A stretch of 64,000 nt of DNA. Source: Candidatus Poribacteria bacterium. Lineage in GTDB: Bacteria; Poribacteria; WGA-4E; GCA-2687025. The notes under the pieces were generated by a model. It was not told the DNA's origin, ran no database searches, and saw only the letters and a program-made list of their open reading frames with translations. The number at the start of each line of letters is the position of its first letter. Position 1 is the first letter of the stretch. A program made the position numbers and the translations under genes. This document shows, in pieces, positions 1 through 9,093 of this stretch. Location of the stretch: contig OY762492.1 of NCBI GenBank assembly GCA_963665845.2, forward strand, positions 2,880,001-2,944,000, written 5' to 3'.

Positions 1-1318
1 TCTCCCGAAGAACCGCCGCCAGACCGCGCGAGGAGGCGATGCCCAGCTTGCAGGAGTCGGTGCCGGGGCAGGCGAGAACGTCCGAGATGCCCTCGTTGCC
101 GAAGTCGTCCAGATGAATCGCCTTCAGGTCGTTGTAAAAGTCGAGCAGGTCGCCTTCGCTGATCCAGCGCACCAGGATGTTCTGCGGCACCGTCAGCCGA
201 ATCGTGTCCTTCACATACTTTCGGCAGACCGCCGCAAGAGCGCGGAACTGATCGGCGGTGATGTCGCCCAGCGGAAGCGTGACCTGCGCCGAAACATACC
301 CTTCCTCCCGCTGCGGCTTCACATTGCGATCCTTCCAGCGCAAGAAATCCGCCGGCAGGTCCGTCTCGTCCAGCGTTGAGGGCGGTTTCAACGGCGACTC
401 TTCCGTATCTTTCAGATGGTCAAGATACTCGGTCCAGCGCGGGTCGAAGTCCAGCTTTTCCCGCTCCTCTTCGACGAGGCGGCGGAATTCGTCGATGCCG
501 ATCTTGGCAATCAAAAACTTCATGCGCGCTTTCATGCGCCGTTTGCGTTCGCCGTGCTGGGTGAAGACGCGCGCGATCGCCTGCGACACCGGCAGCAGCT
601 CCTCTTCAGGCAGAAACTCGTACAGCTCCTTCGCCTGATGCGGCACCGCGCCGAGACCGCCGCCGACAAGGAAGCGGAAGCCGCGTTTCATTTCGCCGTC
701 CACCTCTTTGAGCGCGGCGATTGGTCCGATGTCATGCATGTTCGCCAGCCCGCATGCTTTGTCTTCGCAGCCGGAGAAGGCGATTTTGAACTTGCGCCCG
801 AAGTTTTGCGCTTCAGGGTGGCGCAGCAGGAAGTTTGCCAGCGCCTTCGCATACGGCGTGACGTCAAAGGCGTCGTCGGCGCAAACGCCCGCTTCGGGGC
901 AGGCGGTCACGTTGCGGACAACGTTGCCGCACGCTTCGCGCGTTGTGATGCCGACCGAGGCGAGCCGCCGCATGAGCGCGGGCGAGTCCTCGATCTTGAC
1001 GAAGTGGTACTGGATGTCCTGGCGCGTGGTGATGTGGGAGACGCCGTCGGCGTACTCTTCGGAGACGTCGGCGAGAACCTCCATCTGCTCCGTCGTCACG
1101 CCGCCGAACGGGATTTTGATGCGTATCATCTGGACGCCGTCCTGGCGCTGTCCGTAGACGCCGTGGCGGAGTCGGAATTCGGTGAAGATGTTTTCAGGAA
1201 TGTCGTCTTTTTGAAAGCGGTTCAGTTCGATTTCGAAGACGTTCAGTTCGCGCTCAATTTCTGGGGGTATGCTCGCAATCTTGGAGGCGATGTCAGCGTT
1301 GCGTACGGTGAGAGACAT
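1..1318 (-). CDS. Nitrite/sulfite reductase hemoprotein (NirA/Sir/CysI-like), 3' end outside window
   Basis: Not in the ORF track. Manual translation from the ATG at 1318 (RBS AAAGG) gives MSLTVRN...FRLRHGVYGQRQDGVQMIRIKIPFGG...HITTRQDIQYH...TREACGNVVRNVTAC...RKFKIAFSGC, motifs typical of the family. Confidence 0.9.
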   Translation of the reverse strand, partial: MSLTVRNADIASKIASIPPEIERELNVFEIELNRFQKDDIPENIFTEFRLRHGVYGQRQDGVQMIRIKIPFGGVTTEQMEVLADVSEEYADGVSHITTRQDIQYHFVKIEDSPALMRRLASVGITTREACGNVVRNVTACPEAGVCADDAFDVTPYAKALANFLLRHPEAQNFGRKFKIAFSGCEDKACGLANMHDIGPIAALKEVDGEMKRGFRFLVGGGLGAVPHQAKELYEFLPEEELLPVSQAIARVFTQHGERKRRMKARMKFLIAKIGIDEFRRLVEEEREKLDFDPRWTEYLDHLKDTEESPLKPPSTLDETDLPADFLRWKDRNVKPQREEGYVSAQVTLPLGDITADQFRALAAVCRKYVKDTIRLTVPQNILVRWISEGDLLDFYNDLKAIHLDDFGNEGISDVLACPGTDSCKLGIASSRGLAAVLRE

Positions 1319-1355
1319 ATCGCGCCTTTCTGTTTGGAACACGATGCTTTCATAT

Positions 1356-1384
1356 AGCCTACCTAGAGGTCAGGCGTTTGTCAA
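1356..1384 (-). promoter_or_regulatory. Sigma70-like promoter for the reductase gene
   Basis: TTGACA-17 bp-TAGGCT on the minus strand. Confidence 0.55.
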
Positions 1385-1454
1385 GCATGTTTTTACACCA
1401 GACGCGCGGGCGAGTCAACCAGAACCAATTCCGCGGCGTCAAATCAACCAGTTC

Positions 1455-1535
1455 GTCATTCCCGCGCAACCGGGAATCCAGAGGCGCCTCAGAAACCGTC
1501 CGCTCTCGTCAGGCGGAATGTCCCAACGAAAGCGG
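1455..1535. repeat. dRS3-like palindrome plus MITE right arm
   Basis: GTCATTCCCGCGCAACCGGGAATCCAGAGGCG...ATGTCCCAAC. Confidence 0.75.
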
Positions 1536-1610
1536 TAAGATCGGCGTCAACATTTTGCGGGCTTCGCCGTTATAATAGACGCCGCGCAAACTCAACAGGA
1601 GGAACAGCAG

Positions 1611-1991
1611 ATGAAACGAATCGCCGCGTTCTTGATCATAGCCGCCCTTGCCGGCTGCGAAAAAACAGACCTGTACGCGCCGCATCAGCCCGCTCCATTC
1701 AAGGCGGATATACGGGGAGAGATCGCATCTCTTGAGGACGGCGCTGGACCGAAGACGCTCGGCGTCATGCTGGTGGAGGGGGAGATTGAGGCGGACACAT
1801 CTTATGACCGCGCCTATGTCTCGGCAACCGCCTCAACCGCGGTAAGAGAAGCGGACGGGACGCGCCTGTCATGGAGCGACCTGAACGAGGGAGATCGGGT
1901 GGAGGCGCGGTTCATCGGTCCGGTGGCGGAGTCGTATCCTGTTCAGGCGACCGCGCAAACGATCATCCGCCTTGAAGCGGGCGCGCGCTGA
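1611..1991 (+). CDS. Lipoprotein, DUF3221/YobA-like OB-fold
   Basis: RBS AGGAGG; lipobox LAGC; C-terminal GDRVEARFIGPVAESYPVQATA motif. Confidence 0.7.
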   Translation: MKRIAAFLIIAALAGCEKTDLYAPHQPAPFKADIRGEIASLEDGAGPKTLGVMLVEGEIEADTSYDRAYVSATASTAVREADGTRLSWSDLNEGDRVEARFIGPVAESYPVQATAQTIIRLEAGAR

Positions 1992-2016
1992 ACGCTCGGA
2001 CAGCGCTTGCGCCGCC

Positions 2017-2088
2017 TAAGATTCCCGCTTGCGCGGGAATGACGGGGAGAAGGCGCGGGAATGACGGGGAGAAGGCGCGGGAATGACG
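2017..2088. repeat. dRS3-like palindrome with tandem half-copies
   Basis: CTAAGATTCCCGCTTGCGCGGGAATGAC followed by GGGGAGAAGGCGCGGGAATGAC x2. Confidence 0.85.
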
Positions 2089-2192
2089 GCCTGGGAGGCT
2101 GTCAGAAGGGAAGGGTTGACAGGGGGGAGAGAATGTCCCATGATTGCATCGTTGAGCGGCAAATGCGGGCGGCATTCTTGAAAGGAGAGCGG

Positions 2193-2885
2193 ATGAACGT
2201 TGAAGCGCAGGAGTTGAAATTCCATGCCACCGAGCAGCATGGCGAATGTTCGGCGCTGTTGACGCGCCCTGAAGGGGCGTCGGCGCTGCTGGTTCTGGGG
2301 CATGGAGCGAGTACGAACATGCGCCATGGGACGATTGAGACGATTGCGGAACGGTGCGCGGCGGCGGGCGTCGCGTCTCTGCGTTACAACTTTCCCTACA
2401 GCGAACATGGACGCGGGCGCAACTCCAACGCGCACTGCATGGAGACGATCCGCTCCATCGTCCGAACCGCGGCGGAGGTTGCGGACGGGCTGCCTGTGTT
2501 TGCGGGCGGGCATTCGTTCAGCGGGCGCATGACCTCCATGGCGGCGTCTGAAGAGCCGCTGGAGGGGGCGTCGGGGCTGATTTTCTTTGCGTTTCCGCTG
2601 CATCCGTCCGGCAAGCCCTCAACCGAACGGGCGGAACATCTGAGCGATGTGGCGATACCCATGCTGTTTCTGTCAGGGACGCGCGACAAGTTAGCGGAAG
2701 AAGACCTGTTGAAAACGTCGGTCGCGCAGCTGGGCGGCGCTGCCGTTCTTCACTGGCTCCACACCGCCGATCATGGCTTTAAGACGTTGAAACGAACGCG
2801 GAATACGGACGAAGACGTGTTTGACGAAATGGCGCGCGTCATACGCGGATGGGTGAATAGCGTCGCGGAAAGGAATGAAAGTTGA
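2193..2885 (+). CDS. Alpha/beta hydrolase (KANL3/Abhydrolase_11-like)
   Basis: LGHGAS, GGHSFSGRMTS nucleophile elbow, FPLHP, GTRDKLA, ADHGFK; start moved to MNVEAQ. Confidence 0.85.
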   Translation: MNVEAQELKFHATEQHGECSALLTRPEGASALLVLGHGASTNMRHGTIETIAERCAAAGVASLRYNFPYSEHGRGRNSNAHCMETIRSIVRTAAEVADGLPVFAGGHSFSGRMTSMAASEEPLEGASGLIFFAFPLHPSGKPSTERAEHLSDVAIPMLFLSGTRDKLAEEDLLKTSVAQLGGAAVLHWLHTADHGFKTLKRTRNTDEDVFDEMARVIRGWVNSVAERNES

Positions 2886-3772
2886 GTTGGCAATTTGAAA
2901 GGGTCGCAGGACCTTACGCCTTCACCGAGGGTCCCGCTTGGGACGGCACAGGCGTTCTTTTTACAGACATACCGAACAGCCGCATCATGCGTTACGACCC
3001 GTCGACCGGCGAGACGTGGGAGGCGCGAACCGAAACGCAGCAGGCAAACGGGCTGATGTTTGACCGGTCGGGGCGCCTGTTTGCGTGCGAAGGCGGCGGG
3101 CGGCGCATCGCGATGTATGACGGGGAAAACGCGGTCTCGGTCATCGACCAGTATGAAGGCAAGCGGTTCAACAGCCCCAACGACCTCGCGTTCGACGCGC
3201 ATGGGCGGCTCTGGTTCACCGATCCGCGCTACGGCGCCGAAGACGACCTGGAGCTGACGCATCAGTCGGTCTACCGTTGCGATCCGGCGGAGGGCGGCGC
3301 CTGGAGCTTGACGCGCGCCGTCTTCGACACGACGAAGCCGAACGGGCTGCTCGTCTCGCCCGACTGCAAGACGCTGTATGTGGCGCAGAGCGAATACGGC
3401 GACGGGCGGCCCCGCGAGCTGCGCGCCTATCCGATCTTGGAGGACGGCTCCGTCGGCGAATATGAAACGCTGCACAACTTTTACCCGCACCGCGGCATTG
3501 ACGGAATGTGCTTGGACGCGGAGGGGCGCATCGTGGCGACGGCGGGCTGGGAGGAATCGGGTCCTGGACCGATGATCTATGTGTTTGAGCCGTCCGGGCG
3601 CGTCCTTGAAACGCATCCGATAGAGGCGAAGCCGACCAACTGCACATGGGGCGGGGACAACCTCCAGACGCTGTATGTTACGGCGGGCGGGTGCCTCTAC
3701 CGCGCGGAGACGGACCTGCGCGGCTTTCTGATCTACCCGACAGACGGGGCGGCGCAAGGGTATCTGCTTTGA
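2882..3772 (+). CDS. SMP-30/gluconolactonase family protein
   Basis: FTEGPAW, FTDIPNSRI, FNSPNDL, WFTDPRYG, PNGL, DGMCLD. Confidence 0.9.
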   Translation: MSWQFERVAGPYAFTEGPAWDGTGVLFTDIPNSRIMRYDPSTGETWEARTETQQANGLMFDRSGRLFACEGGGRRIAMYDGENAVSVIDQYEGKRFNSPNDLAFDAHGRLWFTDPRYGAEDDLELTHQSVYRCDPAEGGAWSLTRAVFDTTKPNGLLVSPDCKTLYVAQSEYGDGRPRELRAYPILEDGSVGEYETLHNFYPHRGIDGMCLDAEGRIVATAGWEESGPGPMIYVFEPSGRVLETHPIEAKPTNCTWGGDNLQTLYVTAGGCLYRAETDLRGFLIYPTDGAAQGYLL

Positions 3773-3787
3773 GAGCGGGAGGCGGTT

Positions 3788-4558
3788 TTGGCAAAAAAGC
3801 GCCTTAGCCAGCATTTTTTGCGCGACCCCGGCGTTTTGAACCGCATCGCGGATTCGGCGGGGTTGTCGCCGGGAGCGGAGGCGGTTGAGATCGGGGCGGG
3901 TTCCGGCGGCTTGACGCGCGTCTTGGCGGAGCGCGTCCGCCCCGGCGGCAGAATCGCGGCGGTCGAGATTGACGAGTCTTTCATCGAGTCGTTGAAAGAG
4001 ATGGAGAATGTTGAGGCAGTCCACGCGGACATCTTAAAAACGCCCTTGCCGACGCTGCTGAAAGCGCCGGGCGCCGTCATCGGAAATCTGCCGTACCATA
4101 TCACGACGCCTGTTTTGGAGTGGCTTGTTCAATACCGTTCCATGTGTACGTCGGCGACGCTCATGGCGCAGCGGGAGTTTGCGCGTCGGGCGGCTCTGGC
4201 GCCGGGCGAGAAGGGGTGCGGCTCCATCTCCGTTTTTGTGCATTACTATTTTGAGGTGAAGACGCTGTTCGATGTCGGACCGGGAGCGTTCACGCCGCGC
4301 CCCAAGGTTTGGTCAACCGTGTTTCAGTTGGAACCTTTAAAGGAGACGCGCGTCCAGCCTCAAGACGAAGAGGTGTTTTTTGCGGCGGCGCGCGCCGCGT
4401 TTGGTCAACGGCGCAAGACGCTGCGCAACGCTTTGAAAAGCCGCTTTCCGCATCGGATCGAAGCGCTGCGCGAAGCGGGCATTGACGACAGCCGCCGCGG
4501 CGAGACGTTGAGTATGGAGGAGCTGCGCGCGCTCGCGGACGCTTTATGCAAACGCTGA
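3788..4558 (+). CDS. rsmA: 16S rRNA m6,2A dimethyltransferase
   Basis: KKRLSQHFL, EIGAGSG, GNLPYHIT, FGQRRKTLRNAL, RRGETLS. Confidence 0.95.
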   Translation: MAKKRLSQHFLRDPGVLNRIADSAGLSPGAEAVEIGAGSGGLTRVLAERVRPGGRIAAVEIDESFIESLKEMENVEAVHADILKTPLPTLLKAPGAVIGNLPYHITTPVLEWLVQYRSMCTSATLMAQREFARRAALAPGEKGCGSISVFVHYYFEVKTLFDVGPGAFTPRPKVWSTVFQLEPLKETRVQPQDEEVFFAAARAAFGQRRKTLRNALKSRFPHRIEALREAGIDDSRRGETLSMEELRALADALCKR

Positions 4559-4687
4559 AACATCCGCCGTTCCGATTCGTTTGAATTGACGCTCCAACAA
4601 AGCGGCGTCTCTAGACGGCGGGGGTCATTGCGCGCCGTTCCAAATGTCGTCTGCAGCCGCCTTTCACAAAGTTTCTTGAGTAGGTTT

Positions 4688-5761
4688 ATGAAGCCGCATC
4701 TTTTTTGGCGTTGTTTGCTGCTGGCCGTTTGTTTGGGCTGCGCGTCCGATTCGGGTCTGCGTCCGTTGATCGACGCGCAGCAGCGTTATGCAGTACAGGG
4801 AGCGTCGCCGGCGGAGTGGGTGTCGCTGGGCGAGGCGTTTGAGGCGCAGGAGCCGAAGGCGGGCTGCGAAGCGCTGTTCGGCGCGGCAATCAGTTACTAC
4901 GACGCCGAGGCGATGGCGCGGGCGGCGGCGGCGTTTGAACGTCTCCTGTCCGAGTATCCGACATCGCCGCGTCTGCCGGAGACGCTGTACTATCTTGCGG
5001 TTACATACGATGGGCTGGAACGGTCGGCGGAGTCATACCCCCTGCTGAATCGGTTGGTCAGCGAGTTTCCGGGCAATCGATACGCAAAGGAGGCGGCGCG
5101 TTATCTGTCCGGCGTTGAGGGGGGCGTCTTGATACGCGGAGCGGGTCGGGTCGGCGGGCGTTCTCGCTGGATCGTCGTGGACGCGGGACACGGAGGAGCC
5201 GACTCTGGGGCGGTCGCGCGCGGCGGGCGTCAAGAGAAGGAGATTGTTCTCGATATAGCGCGCCGCCTAACGGAAATACTGACCAGAAGCGGATACGATG
5301 TGCTGTTGACGCGCAACGAGGATCGTTTCGTTCCGCTGCCGCTCCGAAACCGCATGGGTCGGCAGAATCAGGCGGGCGTCTTTGTGAGCCTGCATGTGAA
5401 CTGGGCGCGGCATTCTTCGGCGAGCGGCATTGAGACCTGGGTGGCTCCGTTGTCGCATCCTGAATTTGCGGCGCTGCCTGCGGGGACGGCGTCCCGCCTT
5501 TATGAAGAGAACCGCGCCTTTGCGGCGATTGCGCAGCGGACGCTCACGCGCGAAACGGGGGCGAGAGACCGCGGCGTCAAGGAGGGCGCTTTCAGGGCTT
5601 TGAGGGGACTGCGCGTCCCGGCGATACTGGTCGAAATGGGTTTTTTATCGAACCGCGCGGAGGCGGCGCGTTTAGAACGTTCATCGTATCGGCAGCTCTT
5701 GGCGGAGGGGCTGGCGCGCGCGATCCTGTCCTATACTGAAAGCTCCGGCGCGAGTTCATGA
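4688..5761 (+). CDS. N-acetylmuramoyl-L-alanine amidase (Amidase_3) with N-terminal TPR region, probable lipoprotein
   Basis: VDAGHGGAD, EK, FVSLHVN, AILVEMGFLSN; TPR-like FERLLSEYPTS and LVSEFPGNRYA. Confidence 0.88.
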   Translation: MKPHLFWRCLLLAVCLGCASDSGLRPLIDAQQRYAVQGASPAEWVSLGEAFEAQEPKAGCEALFGAAISYYDAEAMARAAAAFERLLSEYPTSPRLPETLYYLAVTYDGLERSAESYPLLNRLVSEFPGNRYAKEAARYLSGVEGGVLIRGAGRVGGRSRWIVVDAGHGGADSGAVARGGRQEKEIVLDIARRLTEILTRSGYDVLLTRNEDRFVPLPLRNRMGRQNQAGVFVSLHVNWARHSSASGIETWVAPLSHPEFAALPAGTASRLYEENRAFAAIAQRTLTRETGARDRGVKEGAFRALRGLRVPAILVEMGFLSNRAEAARLERSSYRQLLAEGLARAILSYTESSGASS

Positions 5762-5953
5762 GGGCGCGCCGTTTTATTTTTTTTAACCGCGCCAACCGGA
5801 TCGTCATTCCCGCGCAAGCGGGAATCTTAGGCGCCGCCAACCGGATCGTCATTCCCGCGCAAGCGGGAATCTTAGGCGCTGTCCGCGTTCACCATCCGAA
5901 TTGTCCCAACTCTAAGAGTAAGTTCTGCATGAGGGCGCGGCGTTTCATTTTTT
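5757..5953. repeat. Composite repeat: two 45-bp dRS3-containing units plus MITE arm, bracketed by a ~26-bp direct repeat
   Basis: GCCAACCGGATCGTCATTCCCGCGCAAGCGGGAATCTTAGGCGC at 5791 and 5836; CATGAGGGCGCG[C/G]CGTTT[T/C]ATTTTTT at 5757 and 5928. Confidence 0.85.
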
Positions 5954-5966
5954 CCAGCCTCAAAAA

Positions 5967-7493
5967 ATGAAATTCTCCGACCGCGCCGTTCCTGTTGCGC
6001 TGTTGGCGGTCTGGCTCGCGCTGCGGTTTTGGACGCTCGCGGAGATGCCGTCGGCGCCCGACCCGCGCGAATCGCTCATTGTTCAAGACGCCCTGGCGAT
6101 TCTAAACGGCGGGGCGCCGCAGATGTTCAACTGGCCAGGGACGCCGTGGACGCATCTCGCCGCGCTGTTTTCTTGGCTGTTTCAGACGGCGGACGCCGCA
6201 CGTTTGGCGGGGTTGATGCGCGGGGCGTCGCTGCTGTTTGGGGCGGTTTGCCTGTTGTTGATGTACAGGCTGGGGCGGCGTTTCGGCGGGCAAAGCGTTT
6301 TGGCGCCGCTGCTGTTGGCGTTGACTCCCTCGTTTTCGGCGGGGGAGGCGAACGCCGCGCTGGTTGACGTTCCGGCGCTGGCTCTCGGTCTGGCGGCGAT
6401 CACATGCGCCTTTTCAAACCGCCCGCTCTCTTCAAAACGCGCGTTCTGGGTCGGGTCGCTCATCGGGTTCGGCATGGCGTTCAAATGGACGGCGGGCGTT
6501 TATGCGGTTCCCGCCGCCGTTTTTCTTCTGTTGGACGATTCCTCTCGACGCTCCAAGGCGGGCGCGGCGCTGTCGGCGGCGGGCGGGGGGGTTGTCGGCA
6601 TTCTTGTCGGCTGCCCGTATCTTCTGATCGATTTTCCGCTGGTTTGGGAGGGGCTGCGTTATGAGTTGTCGCATTACAAGGCGGGGCATTTCGCCCTGTT
6701 TCCAACCGCCGAAGACAACATTTTTTCATCGGCGCTGCGGCATGCGGAGGCGTTTGTCTGGTCGGCGGGACCGGGGCTGGCATTGACGTTTGCAGCCGTT
6801 TTTTGCGCCTCGCTCATTCCGTTTTTTAAAAAAGAAAAAGGGCGGGAGCGGATTGCGTTGACCGCGTGGACGCTGACGGCGGCGCTTTCGGTGGCGCTTC
6901 ATCATTTCAGTTTTTCGCGCCATTGGCTGTTGACGCTGCCGCCGCTGGCGTTGACGGCGTCGGCGGTTATGGGCGAATCAAAACGGCGGGCGGCATGGGC
7001 TGCGGTATGTTTGGCGGCGGCGCATTCGCTTCTGTTGACCGCCGCGCTTGACATGCAGACGCGGCAACCCTCAACGATTCAGCGGTGCGAATCCTGGATC
7101 AGCGAGAGCGGGCTGGAGGTTTCCCACGGACCTTCGGAGCCGACGCTCGCATGGATTTATCCGTCGGGGCTGTCGTCTGCGTTGGAGGCGGAGGCGTTTG
7201 CCGCTGCGTCGGCGGAGGCGAAGCTGCAGCGCGCTGTCTGGGAGAGGGCGGAACAGTACCGCGAGACCGATTTTTTTCCGTTGACGCGCGCCGATTTTAC
7301 AACAGGCAGGTTTCACGCGCGGCTGACGGAATCGGGCGAGTACCGCATGGCGGCGCGTTTTTCGGCGGAGCATTCCGCTTGGGTTCGCGCGTTTCTGTTT
7401 TTAGGTCGAGAGCCGCCGTTTCCGCACAACGCGCTGTTTCATCCAGAGCTGCGCGTTTATGTCCGCGGCGCGCCGAGCGAAACGGCGCCGTAA
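5967..7493 (+). CDS. Polytopic GT-C (ArnT/PMT_2-like) glycosyltransferase
   Basis: Many transmembrane segments; PDPRE loop, FNWPG, GMAFKWT, GCPY motifs. Confidence 0.65.
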   Translation: MKFSDRAVPVALLAVWLALRFWTLAEMPSAPDPRESLIVQDALAILNGGAPQMFNWPGTPWTHLAALFSWLFQTADAARLAGLMRGASLLFGAVCLLLMYRLGRRFGGQSVLAPLLLALTPSFSAGEANAALVDVPALALGLAAITCAFSNRPLSSKRAFWVGSLIGFGMAFKWTAGVYAVPAAVFLLLDDSSRRSKAGAALSAAGGGVVGILVGCPYLLIDFPLVWEGLRYELSHYKAGHFALFPTAEDNIFSSALRHAEAFVWSAGPGLALTFAAVFCASLIPFFKKEKGRERIALTAWTLTAALSVALHHFSFSRHWLLTLPPLALTASAVMGESKRRAAWAAVCLAAAHSLLLTAALDMQTRQPSTIQRCESWISESGLEVSHGPSEPTLAWIYPSGLSSALEAEAFAAASAEAKLQRAVWERAEQYRETDFFPLTRADFTTGRFHARLTESGEYRMAARFSAEHSAWVRAFLFLGREPPFPHNALFHPELRVYVRGAPSETAP

Positions 7494-7559
7494 AGAAAAA
7501 CGGCGGAACGTTGAGGCTCCGCCGTTTATCTTGAATTGCGGCTCATCGGTTGGAGGGCG

Positions 7560-8993
7560 TTATTCGCCGGGATTATCCGGCTGCGTATCGTCATCCCCGG
7601 CGCCGTTGCCGGGGTCAGGATTGGCGGTATTCCCGCCTCCGTTGCCTGGGTTGTCTCCGCCTCCGTTGCCAGTGTTCGGGTTGTCGATGGGTCCGCCGGG
7701 ATCGGCTCCCTTGAGCGGATTTTCCCACAGCGCATGGAACATGGACGCGCCGTCCTGAATCTTCATGATGACAAGGTCTTTGACCGCGAGCCTGTTTTCA
7801 TCGAAATGAGAGATGACGGTGGCGCCGCGGTAGTCGCCGATCTTGACCAGCGCCTCAAGAATGGCGTCCCCGTCTAGCGGGTTGCTTGCGCCGACAGTGT
7901 CATCGTCGCCGCCCCCGTTTTCTGGGAGCGGGGTTGCGTTCACGCCCGCATTTTCAATTGCCTCCGCAAGGATCATCATGGCGTCAAACCCGTTTCCGGC
8001 GAAGCTGTCGGCGGGCATGCCGTAGGCGGCTTCATAAGCGGCGGCGAACTGCTGCGCTTCAGGAGTCGCGCTTGGCAGAAAGTCGATGGTGAAATAGGAG
8101 CCGTCCAGAACCGAGTTGTCGTCCAAGACGGAGAAAAGCTCGGCGGGATTGTCCCATCCGTTCGGTCCGATGAAGACGCCCTCGTAGCCGGCGGCGCGCG
8201 CTTGGTCAATAATGAGCGAAACCTCCGGCGGAAAACAGATCAAAAAACAAACGTCGGAGCCGCCGGCGGCCAGCGCCGCCGCATGCGCCGAAAAATCGAC
8301 CGTTTCGACAACATAGGTTTCTGCCGAGACGACGGAGCCGCCTGCCGCTTCAAACAGCTGCGTAAAGGACGCTGTCAACTGCTCCGAGTAAGCGTCTCCC
8401 TCCAGCGCGAGGATAGACGCCGTTTCCGCCTTCAGCTCCTTGCGCGCAAAGTCGGAGAGAATCGTCGACTGCAGCGGCAGGTTGGCGCTGATCAGCGCGG
8501 CATGGGAGTAGCTTTGCGTCACAACAGGCGATGTGGCTGCCGGGATGAACGGGGTCGTCGCGCCCGCTTGGTTCAACGCTTGACCGAGAGCGATGGAGCT
8601 GGTTGAAAAGAAGGGTCCGACAATCGCCGCGACGCCTTCGTTCTGAATCAGGTCTTGCGCCGCGCCGATGGTGGAGGCGGCGGTCGGGTACGGGTCGCCC
8701 CCTTGGTTGTCGCGCTTGACGAACTCCGCCTGGACGCCATGAATGCCGCCGTTGGCGTTGACATGCGCGAGGGCAAGCTCGGCGCCGAGGGAGAAGCTCG
8801 GGAAGTAGCCGGAAGGCTGAATCAGCCCGATTTTGACCGCATCGCCGCCAACAGGACCGGACGGGTCGGTGTCAAGCGCGTCCATCAATGAATCGCACCC
8901 GGCGATCATGAACACGCCGAGAGCCGCCGCAAGCGCAGCGATGACGCCCATTTTTGAGGTTGTTTTGAGGTTCACTGAAATCCTTTCTAACAT
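7560..8993 (-). CDS. LivJ/LivK-like substrate-binding lipoprotein, paralog 4, with G/N/D/P-rich tail
   Basis: Lipobox IAGC; KIGLI..GAELALAHVNANGGI, DFSA, GFDAMMILAEAIE. Confidence 0.85.
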   Translation of the reverse strand: MLERISVNLKTTSKMGVIAALAAALGVFMIAGCDSLMDALDTDPSGPVGGDAVKIGLIQPSGYFPSFSLGAELALAHVNANGGIHGVQAEFVKRDNQGGDPYPTAASTIGAAQDLIQNEGVAAIVGPFFSTSSIALGQALNQAGATTPFIPAATSPVVTQSYSHAALISANLPLQSTILSDFARKELKAETASILALEGDAYSEQLTASFTQLFEAAGGSVVSAETYVVETVDFSAHAAALAAGGSDVCFLICFPPEVSLIIDQARAAGYEGVFIGPNGWDNPAELFSVLDDNSVLDGSYFTIDFLPSATPEAQQFAAAYEAAYGMPADSFAGNGFDAMMILAEAIENAGVNATPLPENGGGDDDTVGASNPLDGDAILEALVKIGDYRGATVISHFDENRLAVKDLVIMKIQDGASMFHALWENPLKGADPGGPIDNPNTGNGGGDNPGNGGGNTANPDPGNGAGDDDTQPDNPGE

Positions 8994-9093
8994 AGATGTA
9001 TGGATTCAACGGCTTTCACTAAACCGATAACGAGATGGGTTGTCAATTCGTTGACTCGGCTTTTAACGATCTCTACTTTATGTATGAGGTCAG

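Noticed and set aside
5758-5970. Small ORFs containing VIPAQAGI, SFPRKRES or PPSPPFQGG peptides
   Set aside because: These are translations of the dispersed repeats, not genes.
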